Source: Mustelus asterias (taxonomy: Eukaryota). From it: a stretch of DNA of 51,484 nucleotides. The stretch covers positions 1-51,484 of the forward strand of contig NW_027592543.1 of the NCBI RefSeq assembly GCF_964213995.1, written 5' to 3'. The position numbers and the translations under genes were made by a program. This document shows, piece after piece, positions 24,438 to 36,374 of this stretch. The notes beneath the pieces are model-generated. The model ran no database searches. It was not told the DNA's origin and saw nothing but the letters and a program-made list of their open reading frames with translations. Every line of letters starts with the position of its first letter. Position 1 is the stretch's first letter.

Positions 24438-25707
24438 ACTAAGGGGCAGAGAGGTAAAGCAATTGGCAGAAGGATTAGAGAAGTGTGGAGATGTTTTCAC
24501 CCAGAGGGTGGTGGGGAATCAAACTGACTCTCTGAAAGGGTGGTGGAGACAGAAATGTTCACATGCAAGAGGTATTCAGGTATGGACTTGACATGCTGTG
24601 TCCTATAGGGCCATCAACCTATACCTGGAAAGTGGGACGAAACTGGATAGCTCATTTTCACCTGGTACGGGCATGATGGGCTGAATGGCATCCTGTGCAG
24701 TAAATTTCTCAGATTCTGTGATGACAAGTGATCCTCATGATTTTATCCAAGCCAGGTCTCAGCCCAGTCATTTACTCCAAGTATTGATGTGATGGTTCAG
24801 TCACATTGTGCAAACGAGCTGCTGTGATACAATAATAACTTGGGGATTTTCACAGTAACTTCACTGCACTATTAATGTTGGCCTACTTGTGACCAATAAG
24901 CTCTAACTTAACTTGTCTTTATAGGAACAGAAGTTGGTAAATTTCAGCCCTTAGAGCCTGCTCCGCGATTCAATCAGATCATGGCTGATCTCTCCCTGGT
25001 CTCAAATCGACCTCCCCACTTGTTCCCCATATCTCCCATCCCTTTTTGTGTCAGAAATATATCTATCTCCTCCTTGAAACCATTCAACGATTCAGACTCC
25101 ACCACGCTGTGGGGCAGCGAGTTCCACAAATTTACCACTCTTGGAAAACTTCCCCCTTATATCTCTTAAACTTTCCCCCTCTCACTTTCAACTGTGGATC
25201 TTTCAGAGTGTGAGGTGAATGATAATCAGTACACGACAGACACACGTCACGGTCAGCATCTCAAAGGGACTGCAGAGTATTTCAAACTGTGTAGTCATGC
25301 TGTAGTTCGTGACCTTGATTTGCAGAGATAGAATTCGGACTGGATATTTTGGAATGTTGGAGAGACATTGATCTAACAATAGAATCGTGAAATAACAGCT
25401 CATGAGGAGACACATCATTGTCTGTGCTTGCTTATTTTCAAACAGTTATACAATTAGTCCTAATATCATTCCCTTTCATAAAAACATGCATTATTTCTCC
25501 TTTCAAACGATTGTTCAATTCTCTTTATGAAAAATCTGAGTTAACAAAAAACAACATCGGAAGAGTTGCAGAAGCCTCTGCAGTATTCATGGACATTTTT
25601 AAAATTAACAAAGTTTCCTTGAATCAATAGAGTCAGGTGGGAATTCTCATACAGTTTTGGAAATAAAACTATTTGCAGTTATGCAGTTGATTTCGTACCT
25701 TTTCAAG

Positions 25708-26015
25708 GATCATAGAATTCTACAGTGCAGAAGAAGGCCATTCAGCCCATCGAGTCTGGACCAACCACAATCCCACCCACGCCCTATCTCCATAACCCCA
25801 TGCATTAACCCTAGCTAGTCCCCCTGACAATTTTTAGCATGGCCAATCCACTTAACCCACATATCTTTGGAGTGTGGGAGGAAACCAGAGCACCCGGAGG
25901 AAACCCACGCCGACATGAGAAGAATGTGCAAACTCCACACAGACAGTGACCCAAGCTGGGAATAGAACCCAGGTCCCAGGCGCTGTGAGACAGCAGTGCT
26001 AACCACTGTGCTGCC
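25708..26015 (-). mobile_element. HE1-type SINE
   Basis: Reverse complement of the family consensus seen elsewhere. Confidence 0.85.
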
Positions 26016-26529
26016 CCTCAATGTTGGTCTTGGAAATAGGGCAGTGCTGACCCAGTCAGTTCTGGAATGTAAGTGGTCAGTTATCCTATTTACAGTAGCA
26101 CAGCCACCCAGAAAGAGACCATTCAGATATGTTATGTGTGTAAATGGATTTATTCAGTTTCCCATCTGTTAACATATTTAAAAGTTCAAAGGATTTGATC
26201 AAACATGAGTCCATTCTTATTGTCAAGTCCGTGTGTGTGTGGAGAAGGGGTGGATGGTAAATCAATCAGTTCGTTACACCAGCTGACACTCCAAGGAGTT
26301 CATCTTCAGGTGTAGACGTTTATTCCGCTATTAATTAAACTCAGGACAGAGCTGTGGTGCCTGTTGACATTAGCTGCTGTATTAGTTATTTTCATTTTAT
26401 ACCTTGGTGCTTTGGCTTCAGTTGTAATTGAATCACAAAACATATTTTTTTTTAATGCAAGAACATACTTCAATGGTGGCTATCTTACCCAGCATTCACA
26501 GTGAATCAGAATATGATCTATCCTTACAG

Positions 26530-26850
26530 CAAACCTTGCGCATGCGTACTGTAGATCCAAAGTGCATGCGCAGTGGATGTTGCTGCCGCAGTAGCCGCAA
26601 GGTGGTTATATCGGCTCCGGGTTTCCAGGGAAACGACTTATTCTGGAGGGTAATGGAGGTGACGGGGTGGATGGGGAGGCTTCATAAGCATCCAGTGGAG
26701 ACAGGAGAACCCGAATAATAACTGCTCGGTGCCGCGTTCCTACCATTCGGGGCCGCGACCACAGATGCCTGAGTTGGAGGCCCCGAGTTGACGGAGACCA
26801 TCTTTCTCGGGGCGATGGGCAATAGTGCGCATGCGCGGTGCTCCCTGTCA
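26530..26850 (+). promoter_or_regulatory. CpG-rich ZNF-type promoter (probably of ZNF-C)
   Basis: Three NRF1-like motifs (TGCGCATGCGTA, GCATGCGCA, TGCGCATGCGC); module shared with 16345-16400. Confidence 0.55.
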
Positions 26851-26869
26851 GCAGGAGGAGAGAATGTTG

Positions 26870-27160
26870 TGAATTTCTCTCTTGGACTGACAGGGATGGA
26901 CTTTGGAAACTCCTTTTACAGGGAGTTAGAAGGGGAGGATTTACACACAGAAAACTCAAACCAAGAGAAATGTTTCTCGCTTATTGTCTATTCTTGACTG
27001 ACAGTGATGATCTTTTTTTTACAGGAAATTTGATGTCAAAATTTAAAGGGAAACTCAAACCAGACATCAGATCAAAACCTGCCAGAGTCACTCCATTCAT
27101 CAGAACCTGATTGTAAGTGTGTCTGTAGAAAAAGATTCAAACATCTGTGTGACTGGAAAT
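26870..27160 (+). pseudogene. Relic ZNF last-exon start: tandem duplicated acceptor modules, finger body missing
   Basis: Two GACTGACAG.GATG...TTTTACAG acceptors (26920-26921, 27023-27024) homologous to those of ZNF-A and ZNF-B; GTAAGT at 27113. Confidence 0.55.
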
Positions 27161-27254
27161 AGGGAACAATAATGTCATGGAAGGATTTGCAAAAAAAGAT
27201 GCAATGTTTTAAATTGAGTTGTTTAACTGGGAGCCTGTGTGGGTCAGTGTTTTA

Positions 27255-28485
27255 AAGTTTATTTATTAGTGTCACAAGTAGGCTTAGCCGACATTAACAC
27301 TGCAAGTTGCTGTAACATTCCCCTAGTTGTCACACTCCGGCACTTGTTCGGGTCAATGCACCTAACCAGCAAGCCTTTCTGACTGTGGGAGGAAACCCAT
27401 GCAGACATGGGGAGAACGTGCAGACTCCACATACACAGTCACCCAAGCCATGAATTGAACCCACTGTGAGGCAGCAGTGCTAACCACTGCAGGCCATGGT
27501 GAGGACATGGTGATGGGTGAGTGTGTGGGACTTGATGCAGAGGACAGGGGTTTATACACACCAAAGTTTTTCATGGGTTAAATGAGGGACACTGACAGTC
27601 AAGTCTAAAGAAAATAAAGGAATGAATGAAAGTTCTAGAAACCTCAGCTGAGACAGGGATTTAGCGAAACTCAAGTTGGTAATGAATTGGTGAGGCTGTC
27701 CGGTCAAGTCAGGAGGGAATGCATGAAATTTTCAGAAACAATACTAAGACAGGGCCAGGGTGAGCCATGTTAGGGGGATATGTTATATACAGGAGGGGCA
27801 GAAGGTAATTTATTCCACATTGATTTCTCATCTCACATCTGTCTGTGACCAGAAAGATGTTTTTGATTTGATTCGTCCTTTATAAGCAGTGGCATACTAC
27901 CCAATACTTCAAGGCTTACTCCTGCTCGTAATTCATATATCCGTATATATGTTCAATAATGTCCTTCAGGGAAGGAAATGGGTACGATGGCTATAGAGGG
28001 ATATGGGCCAAATGCGGGCAATTGGGACTAGCTTAGGGGTTTAAAAAAAGGGGTGGCATGGACAAGTTGGGCCGAAGGGCCTGTTTCCATGCTGTAAACC
28101 TCTATGACTCTAAGTGAGAATTAACTTTAGTTTACTCACAGACACTCCAAATGTGGTAACTCAATGTTGCACCATTTGATTTGATTTATTATTGTCTCAC
28201 AAAGTTTATTAGTCACAAGTAGGCTTACATTCAGACTGCGATGAAGGTACTGTGAAAATCCCCTCATCGCCACACTCTGGCACCTGTTCAGAGGGAGAAT
28301 TTTAGCATGGCCAATTAACCTCACTTGCACATCTTTGGAGTGTGGGAGGAAACCGGAGCATCCGCAAGAAACCCACGCAGACACAGGGAGAACATGCAAA
28401 CTCCACACAGACAGTGAACCAAGCCGGGAATCGAATCTGGTCCCCAGTGCTGTGAGGCAGCAGTGCTAACCACTGCGCTACCATG
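27255..28485 (-). mobile_element. Two SINE copies (27255-27495, 28185-28485) plus a CR1 tail (+, 27985-28112)
   Basis: Reverse complement of the SINE head/core with GACACTAATAAA-type tail. Confidence 0.75.
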
Positions 28486-29720
28486 CATTAGTATGAAGTG
28501 AAAAGTATTGTTTCTTGCATACCATAGATAGAGGGAGAAAGGAGAGAGTGCAGAATGTTGTGTTACAGTCAGAGCTCGGGTGTAGAGAAAGATAAACTTA
28601 ATGAAAGGAGGTCCATTCAAAAGTTTGATGGCAGCAGGGAAGAAGCTGTTCTTGAGTCGAATGGTATGGGACCTCAGACTTTTGTATCTTTTTCCCGACG
28701 GAAGAAGTTGGAAGAGAGAATGTCTGGGGTGTGTGGGTTCATTGATTATACTGGCTGCTTTTCCGAGGTCGCGGTAAGTGTAGACAGAGTCAATGGTTGG
28801 GAGGCTGGTTTGCGTGATGGACTAGGCTTCGGTCATGACCCATTGTAGTTTCTTGCGTTCTTGGATAGAGCAGGAGCCACGCCAAGCTGTGATACAACCA
28901 GAAAGAATGCTTTCTATGGTGTATCTATAAAAGTTGGTGAAAATTGTAACGGACATGCCAAATTTCCTTAGCCTCCTGAGAAAATAGAGGTGTTGGTGGG
29001 CTTTCTTAATTGTAGCATTGGCATGGAGGGACCAGGACAGGTTGTTGGTATCTGGTCACCTAGAAACTCAGCTCTCGACCATTTCCACTTCATCCCTGTT
29101 GATGTAGACAGGGGCATGTCCCCCACTACGCTTCCTGAAGTCGATGACAATCTCCTTCATTTTGTTGACATTGAGGGAGAGATTATTGTCACCAGTTCAC
29201 CGGATTCTCTGTCTCATTCCTGTTCTCTGTCTCATCATTGTTTGAGAAATGACCCACTGCGCTGTTGTCATCAGCAATCATGAAAATCAAGTTGGGGGGG
29301 AATTTGGCCACACAGTCATAGGTGTATAAGGAGTATAGTAACGGGCTGAGGACACAGCCTTGTGGGGTACCGGTGTTGAGGATGATCGTGGGAGAGGTGT
29401 TGTTGCCTATTCTTGCTGATTGCAGTCTGTGTGTTCGGAAGTCTTGGATCCAGTCGTAGAGAGAGGAGCTAAGCCCCAGGCCACGGAATTTGGAGATGTG
29501 TTTCGTAGGAATAATGGTGTTGAAGGCTGAGCTGTAGTCAATAAATAGGAGTCTGAAATAGGTGCTTTGTTATCCAGGTGGTTCCAGTTGAGTGCAGGGC
29601 CAGGGAGATGGTGTCTGCTATGGACCTGTTGCGGCGGTTGTGAACTGTAGTGGATCCAGGCAGTCTGGGAGGCCGGACTGATTTGTGCCATGACTAACCT
29701 TTCAAAGCACTTCATAATGA
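28486..29720 (-). mobile_element. Rex1/Babar LINE fragment (RT to 3' end), degenerate
   Basis: MKCFERLVMA.I and downstream homology to 1-490. Confidence 0.8.
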
Positions 29721-30227
29721 TGGATGCATTAATACATAGAAGATGGACAGAGAAAGGAAAGATTTACAGTGCAGAGATGGTGGAGGTTGAGGGTTTGGGA
29801 GTTTCTGTCTGGTTGTAGATGTATCCTTTCCTTCACCTCTTCTCCTCCCACATCTCTTAATCCCGCCCATCCGCTGCCTCTTCACCTTGAAGCTCTGGTC
29901 TTGTATAGGTTCAGACTGGCTCAAAGGTTCCCTTCCCTGAAGGACATTAGTGAACCAGTTGGGTTTTTGTGACAATCCATCAGTTTTCTTGGTCACTTTT
30001 TCCCAGTGCCGGCCCCACAGATTACCAGATTCATTCAGCTCAATTTCACAACCTGGCTTTGTGTTTTTGTGGGTTCTCTCTCACTCTCTTTTTTTTCTTT
30101 TTTAAATCAATTTCACAGCATATTCAAAGGTGAGGATTTGCAGTCAGAAAACTGAAACCAAACATCACATCAGGATCAGACAGAGTCGCCCAATTTATCG
30201 TAATATGCGTATCATTGGATTTTGAAC

Positions 30228-30995
30228 ATGGAAGGAAAAAGCACCGCTCACAGTGGGGAGAAACTGTACACGTGTTCCGTGTGTGGACGAGGATTCAGCC
30301 GTTTATCTGGCCTGTCAAAACATAAATGCAGTCACGGTGGGGAGAAATTGTGGAAATGTGAGTGTTGTGGCAAGGGATTCAGTTCCCCATCGGAGCTGGA
30401 AATTCATCGACGGAGTCACACTGGGGAGAGACCGTTCACCTGCTCCGAGTGTGGGAAAGGATTCACTCAGTTGTCCCACCTGGTGAGACACCAGCGAATT
30501 CACACTGGGGAGAGACCGTTCACCTGCTCTGTGTGCAAAATGGGATTCACTCAGTCAACCCACCTGGTGACACACCAGCGAGTTCACACTGGGGAGAGAC
30601 CATTCACCTGCTCCGAGTGAGGGAAGAAATTCAGCTGGTCGTTTCACCTTCTGATTCACCAGCGAATTCACTCTGGAGAGAGACCATTCACCTGCTCTGA
30701 GTGTGAGAAGGCTTTCATTACATCAACAGAACTGTTGACACACCAGCGGATTCACACTGAGGATAACCCGTTCACCTGCTCCAAATGTGGGAAGGAATTC
30801 GCTAACTCTTCTAACCTGATCTGCCATCAACGGATTCACACTGACGAGAGACCTTTTAAATGCCCAGACTGTGGAAAGTGCTTTAAAAGTTTTGGGAACT
30901 TGATGACCCATCAACGGGTTCACACTCGAGTCCGTTCAGATGCTTTCACTGTGGGACTGAGTTCAGACAATATCCAGTGCAGATTTAGATATTAG
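30228..30995 (+). pseudogene. C2H2 zinc-finger gene ZNF-C: 8 fingers with in-frame TGA at a Cys of finger 5 (30618-30620) and a frameshifted 9th finger
   Basis: [19 protein letters not shown]...; ORFs 30222-30620 and 30735-30995 are in the same frame; acceptor AG 30117-30118; AATAAA near 31010. May encode a 4-finger protein. Confidence 0.75.
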
Positions 30996-31680
30996 TATTC
31001 TGGGTTAAAAATAAAATAAAAAATCAACTTTGCTTTAATTTTTGAATGACTGCATCTTCATTTGGGAGGCTGGGATTATCCCCGTTTCGAGGGAACTAAG
31101 GAATAGACCATAAGCCGTAGGAGCAGCATTCGGCCATTCAGCCTTCATTATAACAATGATCTCATTGTGATTTCTGCTGGTTGGGAAAAGTGCGATATTA
31201 ATGCCAGTCTGTCTTTCTTTAATTATCTTCAATCCCAGTCTCGATCTATTTCCCTCTTTTGGTCTTGGTTCTATTTGCTCACTGTCTTTGTGCAACTAAA
31301 TTTCACTGGATTGATTCCTGAGATGAGGCGGTTGTCCTTGGAGGGCATTCAGTGGGATGAGTCTGTCCTCTCTGAAATTCAGAATCATGAGAAGTGATAT
31401 AATTGAAAAGGGAGGGAAAAGGAAGGATCAGGAAAACAGCAAACACTTGATGTTGTTCCAGGAAAAGTGGGGTCTGGTGGTGTGGATGTCAGGTTTTACA
31501 CAGCACATGGTCAGCCTGTGGATTCACCCAGGATGAAGAATCTCTGAATGATTCTATTCAAATCACCCGGAGAGGAACCTTTGAGACAAACCACCTAAGA
31601 AGCAGCAGCACATAAAGATATCCAAACACAGAGATCCAAACACACTCTCTCTCTCCGTCACTTACACAGACATGGGCAAA

Positions 31681-31880
31681 CATAGAGACACACCCACACC
31701 CAGACAGACATCTTCATTCATAGACACACACCCACACCCAGACAGACATCTTCATTCATAGACACACACCCACACCCAGACAGACATCTTCATTCATAGA
31801 CACACACCCACACCCAGACAGACATCTTCATTCATAGACACACACCCACACCCAGACAGACATTTTCATTCATAGACACA
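31681..31880. repeat. 38-bp tandem repeat, about 5 copies
   Basis: CATAGACACACACCCACACCCAGACAGACATCTTCATT recurring at 31681, 31719, 31757, 31795, 31833. Confidence 0.95.
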
Positions 31881-32509
31881 CATCCCCAAAGATAATTCCA
31901 GCCCTGTCATGTGGAGAATACAGCCCATTCTGACTAATACTGGAGATGAAATAACAGTGTCTTTACAAACCACAATGTTTGAGAAATTCAAGTAACCATT
32001 ACCCTCCAGGGACTGTGAGCAGTTCTGATGACCCATTTCCACTCCTTTCTCTAAACTTGAGTCTACATTGAACAACATCTGGAACAGCAGCAATGACAAA
32101 TCACGAACACTGAGCTGCCTCTGTGAGGGGAATTAGCATCTTCTGTAATTCCAGAACCAAGAGACACTGATTACCCAGGGATGTTGTTCTGTAATTTACA
32201 CTATCCCCCAGCAGGGCTCTTCACCCAGGCTGACAAGAGGAATGGTGATATATTTCAAAGTCTACCACTGCTCTGCCCATGTGACCAACCCAACTATATC
32301 TTGCTGCAACCTACGGCAGAGTGGGGTAGACTCTAAAAGGACCCTGGGTCTCTGGAATGCTCGTCCAGTAACAATCCCACCATGCACATTGGTAGATGTA
32401 TCAGTTGGTTTAATAAATTTATATATTAACCCTGTAGTTCTGATCGTAATTGGATGACAAAATACAATTTTGTGTTGAAATTATTTCCTTCCCATGGCGG
32501 TGCTCTTAC

Positions 32510-32800
32510 CCAGCATGCGCAGCGAGAGAGAATGTGCCGTATTGTCACAATAGCAGCCGCTTGCGCAGGCGCAGTACCTGATTCCGAGTGGAGCATGCGC
32601 TGTGCGGATTCGGACTGACCCATGCGCAATGTGGATGCTGGAGCTGCAGGGAGGCGGGGAAGTGGGTGCAGAGGCTTCAGAAACAGACCGGAAGGACACT
32701 TGTACTCCAGCCAATCAGTGGGTGGGCTTTGTGACACAGGAGGTTGAGCTTCACACCGACTGAACCTTCTTCCTGTGTCCTACATCTGTGAGTAAAACAG
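32510..32800 (+). promoter_or_regulatory. Orphan ZNF-type promoter + exon 1 with intact donor
   Basis: NRF1-like GCATGCGC motifs, AGCCAATCAG, ACATCT|GTGAGT (GT 32788-32789); inverted homolog of 14205-14330. Confidence 0.6.
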
Positions 32801-32826
32801 TTTGTTTGTGTTGCAGATAAAGTCAT

Positions 32827-33120
32827 GATGTAGAGATGCCGGCGTTGGACTGGGGTGAACACAGTAAGAAGTCTCACAACACCAGGTTAAAGTCCAACAG
32901 GTTTATTTGGTAGCAAATACCATAAGCTTTCGGAGCGCTGCTCCTTCATCAGATGGAGTGGAAATGTGCTCTCAAACAGTGCAAAGAGACACAAAATCAA
33001 GTTGCAGAATACTGATTAGAATGCGAATCCCTACAGCCAGCCAGGTCTTAAAGGTACAGACAATGTGGATGGAGGGAGCATTAAACACAGGTTAAAGAGA
33101 TGTGTATTGTCTTCAGACAG
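32827..33120 (-). mobile_element. Penelope-like pLTR
   Basis: Same terminus as the 15190-15312, 16544-16637 and 36259-36374 copies. Confidence 0.8.
32920..32956 (-). ncRNA. Minimal type I hammerhead ribozyme motif, core intact
   Basis: CCAU-CUGAUGA-A-GGAGC(AGC)GCUCC-GAA-AGCU-U^AUGG: 4-bp stem I, 5-bp stem II, palindromic AGCU in place of stem III. Confidence 0.75.
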
Positions 33121-33134
33121 AGGTTGTTCTGTCT

Positions 33135-33670
33135 GGAGACAATACAAAATATTGGTAAGGCCACAGTTGGAATACTTTGTGCAGTTCTGGTCACCCTATT
33201 ATAGGAAGGGTATTATTAATCTTGAAAGAGTGCAGAAAAGATTTACTCGGATGCTACCGGGACTTGATGGTTTAAATTATAATGAGTGGTTGGATAGATT
33301 GGGGCTTTTCATTTCTGGAGCGTAGGAGGCTGAGTGGTGATCTTACAGAGGCGCATAGATCAGCTTGATAGTAAATATATTTTCCCAAAGGTTGGGGAGC
33401 CTGAAATGAGAGGGCATAAGTTTAAGGTGAGAGGGGAGAGATATAAAGGGGTCCAGAGGGGTAATTCTTTCACACAGAGGGTGGTGAATGTCTGGAACAA
33501 GCTGCCAGATAGTCTTTTAAAAAGCGCATAGAGAGTTGCATGGCTATTGAGGGTAATGGGCCAAACACGGGCAATTAGGACGAGCTTTGTCGTTAAAAAG
33601 GGCGGCATGGACATGTTGGGCCGAAGGGCCTGTTTGCATGCTTATACCTCTGTGACTCTATGACTCTATT
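33135..33670 (+). mobile_element. CR1 3' fragment
   Basis: YKILVRPQLEY.VQFWSPYYRK...RLGLF; tail (ACTCTATG)n. Confidence 0.85.
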
Positions 33671-34696
33671 TCACCTTCCTGATTCTCCCAGATACTGGTT
33701 ACAGATGAGTCAGCCTCCGATTTAAATGGATGAAGGAGATATCATTATGCTGTGTTGTAAAATGCGATTGGCTGAGCAACTTGTCAGGAATTATTATTGA
33801 TGTATGTTTACTGAACGTAATTGATTCTTAAACTAATATGAGGTCGGAACGATCGGTACGAAAATCTATAATTGATCTGTTATTGATGGTACACGTTAGA
33901 TGCATCGGAAAGATCCTGCCGCTCTGTTCCAGAGCTACTTAACCCTTTTGGTCATCTCCAAGCAGTTGCTTGTTGTGTTTTTGTTTTAAATAAATGTTCC
34001 GTCCTTACACAGAGATATCTGCCATGTGAGTTTTATATTGTCTGTAGTTAAATACAGTATTGGTCATCTCAAATTATCCCATAGCACTCGCCTTAATTTG
34101 GAAATTTGTAATCTATTATGTGCTTATGTGAAATGCACCTCAGTCTCTTGGTTTCACCTCATGGTTTGCACCTCTGCTCTGTATGTGTTCTCTATCTAGC
34201 TTGTGGCATGTCTGCCTTGTAAGTACTTCATCGGACGAAATATAGAGAGATTCACACTGTTAACCCACGCTGCAGCGACACTGATAGTTTTTTTAAGGGG
34301 CAGTGTAAAGGAAACTATCTTCTGCCACACACTGTCCTGCATCGGCCTCTGATGAAACAGAGCCTTTGCTTTTTTGAATTACCTGAAACTCGGTCAGTGG
34401 CAGACCAGTTTATGAGTGAAATCACCGAGGTTCTTCTCATTCTTCACTCGCTCTGTCTCTGGATTTTATCATAAAAAGGCAGAGATGAAGGTGTCTTTAT
34501 ACGGATTGGCCACTGGGTGGCGCAGTGACTCTTTCACTGAACGGCCTTGAGTTCAAACACATCCCGCACAGGACTGGGGGAACAGACATGTCTGGGAAAG
34601 AGGGGAAACCGTATAATATGGAATATGGGGCGGAGTTGATGGGCTTTGGAAAACGGAATTAAGCCAAGCCAGAGATGGTTAAATTTTCATTCAATA

Positions 34697-34702
34697 TTTA
34701 TT
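34697..34702 (-). terminator. Candidate poly(A) signal of membrane-form mu mRNA
   Basis: AATAAA on minus, about 450 nt after the TM2 stop. Confidence 0.5.
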
Positions 34703-35155
34703 TTAAAAATTCAGAGAATATTTTACAGCGACATTATTTTTTAAAGTTAGAAAAGTGAATTTAACGATCGAGCTTCACATTGAGAACACAACACATGCAC
34801 AGGGAATCCGTCAATATTTGTACATCTGTTACATACACCAGAAAGAGAAAACAGGACCTTAATAGAAAGAGGAATTAACAAATATGGATAAGGAATGAGA
34901 AAAGTTTCTTATTTATACATGATATTTAAACTATGGGGAAACTGTTAACCACAATTACATTATAACAAAAAATGCCTCGTGCTTTTCACTCTGAAAACTG
35001 AAATACCGTCTATGATTGTCTCAGTTACAGATTCAGAATGATAAACTGAGAGAATTTTACTGATAGAGTCACCAAGAGCAGATATTGTATTTGTGTCATA
35101 CGGAGATCATAATAATCAGCTGAGGGAAATCTGCAGCTTCCAAAATTCAACCCCA

Positions 35156-35164
35156 TCACTTGAT
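35156..35164 (-). CDS. IGHM: IgM heavy chain TM2 exon (I-K-stop)
   Basis: TCTTTCTTTTACAG|ATC AAG TGA, 136-nt intron after the phase-0 TM1 donor. Confidence 0.85.
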   Translation of the reverse strand: MK

Positions 35165-35300
35165 CTGTAAAAGAAAGATACAATAATGAAGCAGTTGTTT
35201 ATGATGCGGGATATTAAAGTTAGAGTTTTTAATGGAACATTGAGAGATTTTTCAAGTCCATTCTGTCAGTTTGATATGTGAGTGCATTCAATCATCTCAC

Positions 35301-35428
35301 CTTCACCAGAGTGACCGCAGTGCTGTAGAAAATGCTCAGGAAGAACAGGACAATGAATGTGGAAGCCGTTGTCCAGATGTTACTGTTATCATCCTCATTG
35401 TCTTCAATCCAGATGCGGTCGGTGGAGT
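35301..35428 (-). CDS. IGHM: IgM heavy chain TM1 exon
   Basis: DSTDRIWIEDNEDDNSNIWTTASTFIVLFFLSIFYSTAVTLVK with CART-type motif; CCCCTAG acceptor, GTGAG donor. Confidence 0.95.
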
Positions 35429-36258
35429 CTAGGGGACGGAGACCAGGATATGAAATTAGATTACTTTGTTTATCCAGGTAATCTTATTGTTATTTTTCTT
35501 TTCCCCGTTCTCCTTTTTAAACTGTTCATTTATTCTTGAACTTAATTTTCAATGTATACCTACTCTTAAGCTCAGGACACTCAGTAACCGATCTCCGTAA
35601 CTATTTTCACACCTGATCTTTATTGACATTCCTTGGACAGTCCATGTCAGAAAGCACTGAAGATGTTTTCTTGAAAATCAGTTGATTTTTTGACAATTCG
35701 GAACTATCCCTTATTGAAGAATATTATCACTGATATCGAGGAACGTTCACTAATCAATGATTATTTTCACAGATGGTTACTGATCTGTAAACTGTGAATG
35801 TTGTTGTTTAAGAGTTGGGATGTAATTTCCGATCTGTGCTTCTTTATGGTGGAAATGTTTAGTAGATCGTGAGCTTAATTCAGTTTCTCAACGTGTTTAT
35901 CTGTTCATTGTACATTGGGATAATAAATCTGTGGATATCTCCATTAAAAAATCACGTTTAAATTTTACTTTCATCATTTGCCTACCGTTTGTATTGAAGA
36001 TTTTGCATTTGTGTGCGTATGCATGAGCATCTCGTGCTCTGCATTAATCTTTGGCTCTGAGTTAATATGTGTTTATGAGTGTTAATGTACGCGTTCATTT
36101 GCCAGTGATTGTTGATTTGTGTAGTTGTGCGCATATTTAATTCTTTTGTCATTGTGTATATATGACTCTATTATTGTGTGAAGTCTATGAATATATATTA
36201 ATGCCACTCTTAATGCGTGCTATATGTCACTCTAATAATGTTTGTTTCCCTTTCTGTG

Positions 36259-36374
36259 GAGTTGCCGGCGTTGGACTGGGGTCGGCACAGTAAGTAGTCT
36301 CACAACACCCGGTTAAAGTCCAACAGGTTTATTTGGTTGCACGAGCTTTCGGAGCGTTGCCCCTTCATCAGGTA
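36259..36374 (-). mobile_element. Short Penelope-like insertion with hammerhead motif (36340-36374) in the CH4-TM1 intron
   Basis: 16-bp flanking direct repeat TGTTTCCCTTTCTGTG (36243-36258, 36384-36399); UAC-CUGAUGA-A-GGGGC(AAC)GCUCC-GAA-AGCU-C^GUG. Confidence 0.8.
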
